Source: Tricharina praecox (lineage: Eukaryota). Taken from it: a stretch of DNA of 64,000 bases. This document shows, piece by piece, positions 13,801 to 23,209 of the stretch (positions are counted from its first letter, which is position 1; each line of letters starts with the position of its first letter). The translations under genes and the position numbers were made by a program. Under the pieces are notes generated by a model, which was given only the letters and a program-made list of their open reading frames with translations, was not told where the DNA came from and did no database searches. The stretch lies in the NCBI RefSeq assembly GCF_024521635.1, contig NW_026250403.1, positions 124,001 through 188,000 of the forward strand, given 5' to 3'.

Positions 13801-14024
13801 GACAAAGTTGTTAACGGCAATAGCCCAAGTCACCGCAGACCGAAATCGAAATCCCTAAAACCAAGCCCACACAAACAACACAAGTATTAAAACAGTATGG
13901 TGAAAAGAACGCAGAAACACGCCATCAGATCAAAAGGAAAAAAACAACACCAAATACTCCCCCAAACTCCCCTCGTACCACAACTTTTATGCCTAATTCA
14001 ATTTAGGACTTTTCCTCTTTGCGT

Positions 14025-16004
14025 CTATTGGTAGTCTCTGCGAGGAATGTTCTCGCACATGTCCTGCAGACGCCGCCAAGCCCAGTACGAGTTTGTCGCA
14101 TCTTGACTCTTGCAACAGTCGGAAAGAATCTCCATGACCTTGAACTTCTTGCTATTGTCGGGGAGAAGAGGATTGAGTTCATTCATTCGGTCCATGGAGC
14201 TTGAAAACCTGCCGCTCCAGTATCCAGGGGCCATCGACTCCGTGACCAATGCGATCTGCGGGTTTATTGGCTTGAGCGGTCGGTAAATGTTCTTCACGAC
14301 CTTGGGTTTTCCGTCCTCGAGGATTGTGGTGACTTCCGGCGGCGGCCGTGGTGCTTGGCCATGAGAGAATGAGTACGATGGCTTCAGGACTTGGTGGCGG
14401 TCGTAGTAGTCTGCAGCTTGGTTGTAGGGATTAATGCCCTGAGGTATGGCAAGCGATCCAGGTGCGAATTGTGGGTAGCGACTATACTCGCCCTGGAGCG
14501 GACCAAAGGACATCGGCTGAGGAATACGGGTGGGTACGGCGTGTGAGCTGTAGTCATTCTGTTGTAGCTGTCGAGCGAAAGCGCCTGCTTGAGGATAGCT
14601 ACCGGCTTGCCCAGCATTAAACGTGTGTGCATGGGGTATCCTAGACATCCCCGGATAGTTCGCAGTGTTCTGTTGGTTGTCTGAGTAGTATCCAGAAGCT
14701 GGGTATTCACCATGTCCCTGATATCCACCAAAAAGTTGAGTGGGCTGCGGTCTCTCGTTACCTTCCTGCAAGTGATATCCGAGTGGCTTTGGTCTGGAGT
14801 GCACGTGATTCTGAGCATACGCCGTTGTTGGTACCGGGGGTGGGGCCATCGATCCTGGGTACATGGAGTACTGGCGCTGCGGAATTCCCGACGACGGGTA
14901 GTGATATTGACGAGAATCGTACTGGGCCGGCATACCGGTGGTGGCCTGGATTTTCTCATTGGGTTCGGCTCCAATTCCCGACGACGGGCGGTGGTACTGA
15001 GGAGAACTGTACTGAGCCGGCATAGCGGTGATGGCCTGGATTTGCTCATTGGGCTCGGCTCGAATTCCGGACGACGGGCGGTGGTACTGACGAAAATCGT
15101 GGTGGGCCGGCATAGCAGTGTTCGCCCGGATTTGCCCATTCGTTTCGGCTTGATCCAGGCGGACGTCTTGCGAGGTCGGATGCACCGTGGCGGGTCGTGG
15201 AATTGCCGAAGGCTTCTGAGGGGATATACTTGAATACCACCGTTCATCAATCTGTCCAAGCTCCCTCAGCTCCATCTCATGGAGAGTCCGTATCTGGTTT
15301 GTCTGAACCGGAGTCACCGATGGATTCCCTAAGGAAAAACTGCGCGGAAGACCGAAGTTCTCCTTCCGAAGCGAATCGCTCCATTTCTTCTTTTGGGAGA
15401 TCCGACGGTTCTGGAGGGGCTGCTCCTCTTGACCCTGTCCTTGCTGCTTCTGCTCCTTCTTTTGTTGCTGATGGAGCTGAGCCATACTTGAGAGCTGTCC
15501 TTGCCGCTGCTGCTGCCCCTTCTTCTGTTGCTGCTGGAACCGAGCTATACTTGGGGCGGGTGGCTGTTGAGGAGGCTGATCCGTACCCATTCCCCTTCCA
15601 AGGCTACGGCTGATGTCGTGGTTGTGCTGTCCTCGCCCGCGACCCATCTGCTGCATGTCAGGTCTAACAGGAGGGTCGACCGGCTGTATGTCGAAGCCCG
15701 GAGGGCTAGTCAACCCCGGATAGCTGTTTCCTGCCGGCGGGTCACCATATTGCAGATCGCCACGAAACGAATATCGACGGGCGCGGGGCATGTAGTCAGG
15801 CTTCTGGACTCTGATCTCCGGCACCATTGGATTGCGAGGTGGGATGGCGAGCTCTGCCTCACTGAAGTATTCTTCATCGACAGGAATTCCAGCGGCCCTC
15901 TGCTCTCTATAGTGCTGATACAATGCCTGCTTGCTCTCCTCCCATAGCCTGATTCGCTCTTCATATATAGCTTTCGCCTGCTCGGACAGGTTACTCGCTG
16001 ACAT
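14025..16004 (-). CDS. Hypothetical Q/P-rich protein (659 aa) with three 30-aa repeats and a small C-terminal 'YWSGRF' domain
   Basis: Single long ORF, mostly low complexity; C-terminal MAPGYWSGRFSSSMDR..LSDCCKSQDATNSYWAW looks like a motif I recall from uncharacterised ascomycete proteins. Confidence 0.8.
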   Translation of the reverse strand: MSASNLSEQAKAIYEERIRLWEESKQALYQHYREQRAAGIPVDEEYFSEAELAIPPRNPMVPEIRVQKPDYMPRARRYSFRGDLQYGDPPAGNSYPGLTSPPGFDIQPVDPPVRPDMQQMGRGRGQHNHDISRSLGRGMGTDQPPQQPPAPSIARFQQQQKKGQQQRQGQLSSMAQLHQQQKKEQKQQGQGQEEQPLQNRRISQKKKWSDSLRKENFGLPRSFSLGNPSVTPVQTNQIRTLHEMELRELGQIDERWYSSISPQKPSAIPRPATVHPTSQDVRLDQAETNGQIRANTAMPAHHDFRQYHRPSSGIRAEPNEQIQAITAMPAQYSSPQYHRPSSGIGAEPNEKIQATTGMPAQYDSRQYHYPSSGIPQRQYSMYPGSMAPPPVPTTAYAQNHVHSRPKPLGYHLQEGNERPQPTQLFGGYQGHGEYPASGYYSDNQQNTANYPGMSRIPHAHTFNAGQAGSYPQAGAFARQLQQNDYSSHAVPTRIPQPMSFGPLQGEYSRYPQFAPGSLAIPQGINPYNQAADYYDRHQVLKPSYSFSHGQAPRPPPEVTTILEDGKPKVVKNIYRPLKPINPQIALVTESMAPGYWSGRFSSSMDRMNELNPLLPDNSKKFKVMEILSDCCKSQDATNSYWAWRRLQDMCENIPRRDYQ

Positions 16005-17240
16005 GGTGTATGTAAAGCGCTAGAGATTGTGTTGGAATCTGTTAGAGATTGGAAAAGAGAGTAGACAAGATCTGCGAACGGTGTGAACAGAAGGGTGTGA
16101 ATGGGTGAAGAGAATAGGCAGGATGTGAAGACGGTGAGGAGGGAAGCTGTGGAAGGGTGTGGAGGGGGGAGGGTGGGGGGGTGAGAGGGTGTAGAGGAAG
16201 GGGGTGAGAGGGAGGGTGTAAAGAGAATCGGTACAAAACTTAGGTGGTGATGTTGTTTGTTGGAGAGAAGGTGAAGTAGTTGTGGTCGAAGTTTACAGTA
16301 TTTGGGTATCCGAAAACAGGAAATATTGTGGGCGAGTGATTGTTGTGACACCAGTTACTATTCTATTACTGTCTCGATCCTTCTCGGTGTATGTAGGTGC
16401 GGTTAGGGCCCCTCCGTTACACCGGACAAACACCCTCCCAAAATCCTTCTGATTGCGATCCGCCTCGTTGATATATGCACCCATATGGAGCTCCAACTCG
16501 AAGAACCACTCATCCTTCTCACTAAGTGCCTCTCCATCCGCAACTGCCGTGAAAAACTAATCCCATCTTCCCCCGTTGATTCTCATATCAGATGCGTTCC
16601 GGTCCTGTGTTATGCGGGGTTCATCGCGCTGTAAATTAGGTTGGTGGATGTGGCGCCGCTGGAGGACGTCGACGAGTTTCTTAGGGACTGTGGGGAAAGA
16701 GAGGAGATACATGCTGATCAGGCGGGACCCGATAATCTGGTTGAAACTTCTGCGATCTCCGCCGCCAGCGAGGCTTCGGAGCACGCTCGTCATTGAAGCC
16801 ATCGGGCGAAGTTGTCGTTGCGGGTATTGTTGATAAAAAATCCGGTCAGGGTGAAAACCGGCGGATGCGTTATTGGCGTTCTACGGGTATATCTAGAAGT
16901 AGAAAATAGCGCCCGCCGTTGACATCGCCGGGATGACGGAATGGTGGGTTTCCACGAGATCCCGGAACGTAGACGAAGTGGTATCATCGGCCGAGTTGAG
17001 GATCGAGAAACTGGAGCTGTAGGAGACCATGGGGGCGTCTGGAAAGGCATCCCATGCCGCCCGCCCTTCCTCACCTCCCCGCCCTTCCTCCCCTTCCTCC
17101 CCTCCCCGCCTCCTCCCCGCCCTTCCTCCCCACCACGACCAACACGACCAACACGACCAACACGACCAACACGACGACTAGCACAACCAACACGACCACA
17201 AGCACCACGACCACAAGCACCACAAGCACCCACAAGCAAG

Positions 17241-17579
17241 ATGAAAGTTCGTATCACCTCGTACACCGCGACGGCCGTGTGGCGCTGGGACGTTCCGGAG
17301 GACGACGTGTGCGGCATCTGCCGCGTGCAGTTCGACGGTACCTGTCCCAACTGTCGCTTCCCTGGCGACGACTGTTCTCTCGTCAATGGCAAGTGTGGAC
17401 ACTCGTTCCATCTGGTATGTTCTCGTCTATGATGTGTGATGTGTGTGGCGGGAGAGGAGGGAGAGAGGCTGATGGAAGGGCAAATGAAATAGCACTGTAT
17501 CAACGATTGGATTCAGACCGAGGCCTCTGGAGGGCTGTGCCCCATGTGCCGCCAGAAGTTTGAGTTTGGGGCGGTATAA
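17241..17579 (+). CDS. APC11: Anaphase-promoting complex subunit 11 (RING-H2), copy 1, 86 aa
   Basis: Exons 17241-17414 and 17493-17579; MKVRITSYTATAVWRWDVPEDDVCGICRVQFDGTCPNCRFPGDDCSLVNGKCGHSFHL-HCINDWIQTEASGGLCPMCRQKFEFGAV, the typical Apc11 signature. Confidence 0.95.
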
Positions 17580-17798
17580 ATTTGGCTGACTTGCAAACGG
17601 ATGGGCGGAATTTGTGATGATTTGAGGGTGGGCTCAAGGAATCACGAATGAAAAATACCAATTTGCTTTGCGTTTTAAGTTTTGTGCTGTTGATGATGGG
17701 ACTGTGAATTGTAATGTAATGCATATGGTAAGTATAATACATCACAATGCACTCAGAATGTGTTGCGTGTGAGCGCCAGACCGAGTGACACCTCCCAG

Positions 17799-17851
17799 CC
17801 CACCACCACCACCACCACCACCACCACCACCACCACCACCACCACCACCAC
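17799..17851. repeat. (CCA)n microsatellite, ~17 units
   Basis: Pure CCA run at the right boundary of the duplicated APC11 unit. Confidence 0.95.
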
Positions 17852-18895
17852 GTACTGGCATCTGCATTCCTAGTCTGCTAGGGCAGTGACGACTGCTGAA
17901 CATTCCCTCTTATAACGCCCATATTATTCTTTTATCCAGCGAACCCCCATAGTTGGTGCACATAGGTAATATATCCCACGGTGATGGACAAAGCGGCAAC
18001 TCACGGCTTCAGTACTGCGCGAGAGGGCATTAAGTGCCATATAGTAAAAGATGTGCAGAAAACTGGAGGCAGCTACGGCTTCATGTCGCTGCCTCGGCTT
18101 GCCGTGCATTGTATCGGATTGGAATGGCCTGGTTCCGGACAGTGACGGACCGATATATTGATGTTCTGCGTGACCTTTCGAAGTAGATATGATCATCACT
18201 GAACGGCCTTCCCATCGTACAGCATAATGTTAGTCCAGTAGTGCCTAGTTCATGTAAAGTCTCTCCGGGACTCACTCGCAATCGTGCCCGGAGTCCGGGG
18301 GCTTTGCTACCGGCAGTATTTTATTGCAAGCGCTATAAACACGACCGGCTATCCGGCGAAGACCTACTCTCCGTGTGAGATCACCTCTGCTTTGTGTCGG
18401 GCTGGATGTCTCGGCTGTAACAAATTGCGTGGGATCGGAATGCGAGCCGTAGGAATCGTTGTGATATTCTTCGTCTAATCGTTTGCGTGATCCTCAGGAA
18501 AACAGAATGAGGCCTTAGGCGTTATTGTTGGGCCTGAGGATTCAAGGCTCACTAGCCAAGAGACTGCCATCCACCTCGCAAACTCACGATGCCCATTGTC
18601 TAGTCAACAGCGAAATTTGCTTCCTACTCGAGAGACTTGAGGGCCTGGCGTGATAGCTGCGTGGCAGAGTGATTGTGATTTCGTGACGTACTCAAGCACT
18701 TACATGACTAACTAGCGGAAAGCCACCCACTGAATTCCTCCAATCACATGGATACAGTTTCCCGCGGTTCATCGGAATTGACCAGCCCTAACCGCTAGCG
18801 CACCAAACATTTGCCCCGCCAGCAACCTCCACACCTGTGCCCGGCCATCACCACCATCGCCCGCCTACGCCCGCCTCCGCAATCCGCCAACCACA

Positions 18896-20020
18896 ATGTC
18901 GACCGTCACCGACACCCTACTCCGGCACTACAACGCTCTCTACTCCTGTCCCTTCCACCAGACCGTTCTCGCCACCACCGTCCTGGGGCTCACCACCTCC
19001 TACCTCCTCCTGCGCTCCACAGCACCGCCCCCCCGCAGCATTCCCTCGCCACGCATCAAGCCCCCCACCGCGGCGACCCCCTACCCGCCCACCATCCTCC
19101 CAGGCGCGCGCCTCATCTCGACTCCGCATGGCACCATAAACGTCGCGGAATTCGGCCCGCCCCACGGGCGCAAGATCCTGCTGATCCACGGGATCAGCAC
19201 GCCGTCGATCGTCTTCGCGAGTCTCGCGCAGGCGCTCGCCAGCGATGGGTACAGGGTGATGGTGTTCGACCTGTTCGGCCGCGGGTATTCCGACGCACCG
19301 ACGGACGTGCACTACGACGAACGCCTGTTCTCGACGCAGATCCTGTATGCGCTGTACGCCTCGCCGCTGGAGTGGGATCGCTTCTCCGTGGTCGGGTACA
19401 GTCTCGGCGGCGGGATTGCGGTCGCGTTCGCCGCACATTTCGCTCAGAGAATCGAGAGCCTGGTCCTGTTCGCGCCCGCGGGATTGCTGAAGGGGAATGG
19501 CCTCGGGTATTTGACAAAACTGGCGAGGGGCGGATGGGTGCCGAAGGCGATTGAGACGTGGATGCTCGGGCGACGGCTGGCCACTAGGGAGGCGGCGCAT
19601 AAGAAGGATGCGCCGAATGAGGATGGGATGAATTATTCCAATGTGATGAAGTGGCAGGCGGCGGAACATAAAGGGTTTGTCAAAGCGTTTGCGAGCTCGT
19701 TCAGATACGGCCCCATATATGACCGTCAGGAGGAGTGGCGCGCGGTGGGAAAGGCCGGCATCGCGAAGATGGGTGTGCTGATCGGCGAGGGGGATGATGT
19801 CGTTCCGCCCGCTCTGTTGGGGGAGATGGTTACGCTGCTGGGTGGGCAGGAGAGAGTCAGGGGGGAGATTCTGGTGGGCGCGGGACATAATCTGGTTAGA
19901 GAGAGATGGAGGGAATGTGCGGATTTCGTGGGCGACGTGGTTGGTGACCCGGAGGGCTCCGATGATGGCTACGACGACGATGCTATGACTGCTAGTACTA
20001 GCACTTTCGGCGACTTTTAG
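18896..20020 (+). CDS. Alpha/beta-hydrolase fold protein with N-terminal hydrophobic segment
   Basis: LLIHGIS oxyanion motif, FDLFGRGYSD, nucleophile elbow GYSLGG, GEGDDVVP acid and GAGHNL His. Confidence 0.92.
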   Translation: MSTVTDTLLRHYNALYSCPFHQTVLATTVLGLTTSYLLLRSTAPPPRSIPSPRIKPPTAATPYPPTILPGARLISTPHGTINVAEFGPPHGRKILLIHGISTPSIVFASLAQALASDGYRVMVFDLFGRGYSDAPTDVHYDERLFSTQILYALYASPLEWDRFSVVGYSLGGGIAVAFAAHFAQRIESLVLFAPAGLLKGNGLGYLTKLARGGWVPKAIETWMLGRRLATREAAHKKDAPNEDGMNYSNVMKWQAAEHKGFVKAFASSFRYGPIYDRQEEWRAVGKAGIAKMGVLIGEGDDVVPPALLGEMVTLLGGQERVRGEILVGAGHNLVRERWRECADFVGDVVGDPEGSDDGYDDDAMTASTSTFGDF

Positions 20021-20293
20021 GTGGATATATGATGGACCAGACAAAAAGGAAAGACAAGTGAATGGCGAGCTGATGACTGCCTGGTTTAGACTGAAGTTTT
20101 GTATGTATATAAGCATGGCGAGGATGTGGACGTGTGTATTGTAGATATCCCTCTGGTTAGTTAGAGACGAGGGGGTGATTTGGAAAGGCGAGAAGACGGA
20201 CAGAACGGGTTGGTTAAAGAGTCACAAAAAAAAGTTGCATCTCCTCCTCACTTCTCATACCAAGCACTGAATTCCATTTATTATCACATCGAT

Positions 20294-20953
20294 TCATGGC
20301 CAAATCCACCTAGTTTCCACACCCTTATGTCTAACGCCCAATCCCCTCCCTATAGAACTCTCCGCCTCCCTCAGTGTACACTCGGCGCAAAGCCGATTCC
20401 CACACTGCTCACACCAGCACCAATAGTCGACGCTACAGAACCTGCAGCTCCTGCCTTCCTTTCCGAACCTCATCTGGTCCGCGGGCGTGGTCACGGTATC
20501 CTCGGGGATGCACGAGACCGGCTTCGGATCCTGGAACGGGGCAATAGTCTCGATGCGTTGGCGCTCGACGGCGCACTCGCGGCGGACGCAGAGGGGGACG
20601 GCGCATTTGCGGGCGACGTGCGCGGGGAGAACGCACGTGCACGGCACGGGCAGCTCGCGGAAGTGGTGGTAGTGCTCGTTGATTGTCGGGTGCGGGAGGG
20701 ATTTGCGGCGGTGGCGGTCGGGCGCCGGGCTGGAAGGGTCGATGATTGTTGCGGCTCGAACGCGCGCGGAGGGTTCGTCTCTTGTTGCTGCGGGGTCGGT
20801 CATGAATCTGTTGAAGGGGCCGTAGCGAATGGTTTGTGGTGGTGGTGGAGGTCCGGGGAAGGAGTGGGATCGGTCTCGCTCCTTCTGTCCCTTTGGGGGT
20901 GACGGTGGAGGGGTGTTGTATTCAAGGGTCGACCTGAAAACCGGGGTCGCCAT
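20294..20953 (-). CDS. Hypothetical protein (219 aa), Pro-rich N-terminus and Cys-rich C-terminus
   Basis: ATG-initiated ORF with many clustered Cys (CTC..CAVPLC..CRFC..CWCEQC..LCAEC). Confidence 0.65.
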   Translation of the reverse strand: MATPVFRSTLEYNTPPPSPPKGQKERDRSHSFPGPPPPPQTIRYGPFNRFMTDPAATRDEPSARVRAATIIDPSSPAPDRHRRKSLPHPTINEHYHHFRELPVPCTCVLPAHVARKCAVPLCVRRECAVERQRIETIAPFQDPKPVSCIPEDTVTTPADQMRFGKEGRSCRFCSVDYWCWCEQCGNRLCAECTLREAESSIGRGLGVRHKGVETRWIWP

Positions 20954-21409
20954 TCTAATGGTTACTACTTGTTGTGCCTGGTGGAGTTGTATAGATAGAC
21001 GGTACTGGTGAATATTTCGTGGACAGGTTGATCGGAGAGGGTTACATTGTGGTCGGTTGGGGAGTGATCACTCTGTCACTCGTAGGTTATGAGTTTGGGG
21101 CGAGTGATTCAATGTGAAACTTCGCAGGAGCTAGGGATCTTGTTGCACCCAACCTGGTGCTATCCCGATGAACCAGGATTTATACTTGTTACATACCACG
21201 GGGCAGCAGCTAAGGCCCTGTTCATCTTACATTATCTCATTCCTAGTACCATCCAAAGAAGGGGAGGAGTCTCCATCCTCAACCACTACCATCACCACCA
21301 TGCTGCAAAAATCAACGAGAGCACAGATAATTGGAGTCTGATGGGATGGCGGCAAAAACTAATGTGTAGAGGAGGTATCACTAGACAGCCCGAGCGAGAA
21401 GCAAAAGAA

Positions 21410-21495
21410 CGACCACAATGGGACTCGAACCCACAACCTCGGACTGTATCTTATATGGATAGGAGGTCCGCGCGCTACCATTGCGCCATGCAGCC
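21410..21495 (-). tRNA. tRNA-Arg(CCT) with 14-nt intron, copy 2
   Basis: Identical over 86 nt, including the intron, to 9180-9265. Confidence 0.95.
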
Positions 21496-21581
21496 ATCGG
21501 TATTAGTCATGGTCAATTAACAGATATGAGGAGCAGTTCTTAAGCCGCCGGAATTTGACATGTTCTGAACGTACCGTACAC

Positions 21582-22916
21582 CTAATCCAGCCCTGAAAAG
21601 CTGTTGACATTCCTCACACCCGCGCTCTTCGCCTTACCCTTTCCACCCTTCCGCTTCTTCTTCTTCCTCTTCTTCTTCTCCTTCTCATCGTCACTATCCT
21701 CACTATCTGCCGCATCACTATCACTCGCTTCATCACTATCCTCCTCGTCGTTTCGCCTCTTCCTCCCCTCAGCCTCCGCCTCCTGCTCCTCGGAAGGACT
21801 CCACACCTTCACAACCTGCCCGCCACCACTAACAATGCGTCCCTCACAATCAATGCCGAGTGCACTAACCCCCTCCTCGAGGCCCTCGTCATAGTCGCCC
21901 CTCTTAACCCTCGCATTCGCTGCTCTCCGCGCCTCATCGGCACTAACTGAATGCGCCATCGTAGCAACAACCTTATTCCCACCCATCTTCACAATGCGCA
22001 CCTTCCCGTCGCCACTCCCGGCCGCAAAGAAAGTTCCCCAGCCGGCGCCAACCACCTCAAAATCACCGCCCAGCGCAAGTACGGAGTCGATACTATCCCC
22101 GGTCGACCGACTCAGCGGAATCCGTTCCTGATGGTCCTCCCAGAATCCCTTGTTCCACGTCGTCACCACGCCGGCCGCAGTACCGGTCAACAGCTTTTCG
22201 GAGCCGCCCGTGTTCTTGCTGGGCGCGTTGGCGACGAACGCCGTGCAGAGGATCTCATCTTCTTGCGGCTCGGAGCGGGCAAGGACCTTCCCGGGCTTCC
22301 GCACATCGAGGTGGGACAGACTGGTGTCGCCTGTGGCGGCGAATTGGCGTGGGAAGCCGGTGGTTGATGCGGCGGTTACGGGGAGGGCGAGGAGAGAGGA
22401 AATGTAATCCTCGTGTACGTGCTTCCAGGACGCGGCGGGGCCGGCGGAGGTCAGTGTCGAGGGCGTGCGCAGGTCGTACAAGTGGATGTTTCCATCGTCT
22501 GTGCCGGCGAGGAGGTGGACTGGTGACAACGGGAGAAGCGTGGTGGGTGCGTCAGATGCGCTGGGGAGAAGTGATTTGGAGATTACGCGCCCCGTCGAGG
22601 AGTCTGCGGCTTTGATCAGACCGTCGATGCCGTCGGTGTAGAGGACGCTGCCGTCGGAGCTGTAAACGGCGGCACGACAAGAGCCTTTGTGACGGCGTGT
22701 TTTCCAGGCGATTGTGAAGGGATCTCCTGAAGCGGCGGGAGTGGTGACCACATCGTCGTCCTCGTCTTCATCTTTCTCTTCGGGGGTGCTGGGCCAGGTG
22801 TAGGTGTAGACATGGCCTGAGCAAAGCGCGGCAGTGATCAGGGGTGCTGTAGGGTGCACGGCAAGCGCGAAGAGATCGGACGGAAGCCGTATCGAGCGTG
22901 AGTTGTAGGAGGCCAT
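21582..22916 (-). CDS. JIP5: WD40-repeat ribosome biogenesis protein Jip5 (WDR55-like)
   Basis: LPSDLFALAVHP, WKTRRHKGSCR, GTDDGNIHLYDLR, EDYISSL; acidic/basic tail ending FSGLD. Confidence 0.9.
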   Translation of the reverse strand: MASYNSRSIRLPSDLFALAVHPTAPLITAALCSGHVYTYTWPSTPEEKDEDEDDDVVTTPAASGDPFTIAWKTRRHKGSCRAAVYSSDGSVLYTDGIDGLIKAADSSTGRVISKSLLPSASDAPTTLLPLSPVHLLAGTDDGNIHLYDLRTPSTLTSAGPAASWKHVHEDYISSLLALPVTAASTTGFPRQFAATGDTSLSHLDVRKPGKVLARSEPQEDEILCTAFVANAPSKNTGGSEKLLTGTAAGVVTTWNKGFWEDHQERIPLSRSTGDSIDSVLALGGDFEVVGAGWGTFFAAGSGDGKVRIVKMGGNKVVATMAHSVSADEARRAANARVKRGDYDEGLEEGVSALGIDCEGRIVSGGGQVVKVWSPSEEQEAEAEGRKRRNDEEDSDEASDSDAADSEDSDDEKEKKKRKKKKRKGGKGKAKSAGVRNVNSFSGLD

Positions 22917-23209
22917 TCTCGCTGGTGGTTGTGGGTCGTGCGTCTGAAGTCAAAATAAGTTTCGTGAAATTTAACCAAAGTTGAGTCGAATTGTGCGACT
23001 AACCAATCCCTGTTCTTGTGTGACCCTGGGACCCTCTCTAGCACCCCACGCTCAATGACGGAAGTGGGGTGAATCGCGAAGACATTTCTGCTGGAGATTC
23101 CTCAGACGATTCCGCCATCTCCGACTGCACCGTCCATTCGATTGATCCACGACCATACCTACCCAGGAGGACTGCTTCGCCCACCCCCATTATCCCCCAA
23201 AGATCGAAG

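Noticed and set aside
17241-17579. APC11 copy 1 as a retrogene or TE-captured gene
   Set aside because: It retains the intron and non-transcribed junction sequence, has no poly(A) tract, and shows no TIRs or Helitron ends.
9180-21495. Starship or other integrative element bounded by the two tRNAs
   Set aside because: No DUF3435 captain or other recombinase inside, and the cargo includes ordinary housekeeping-type genes.
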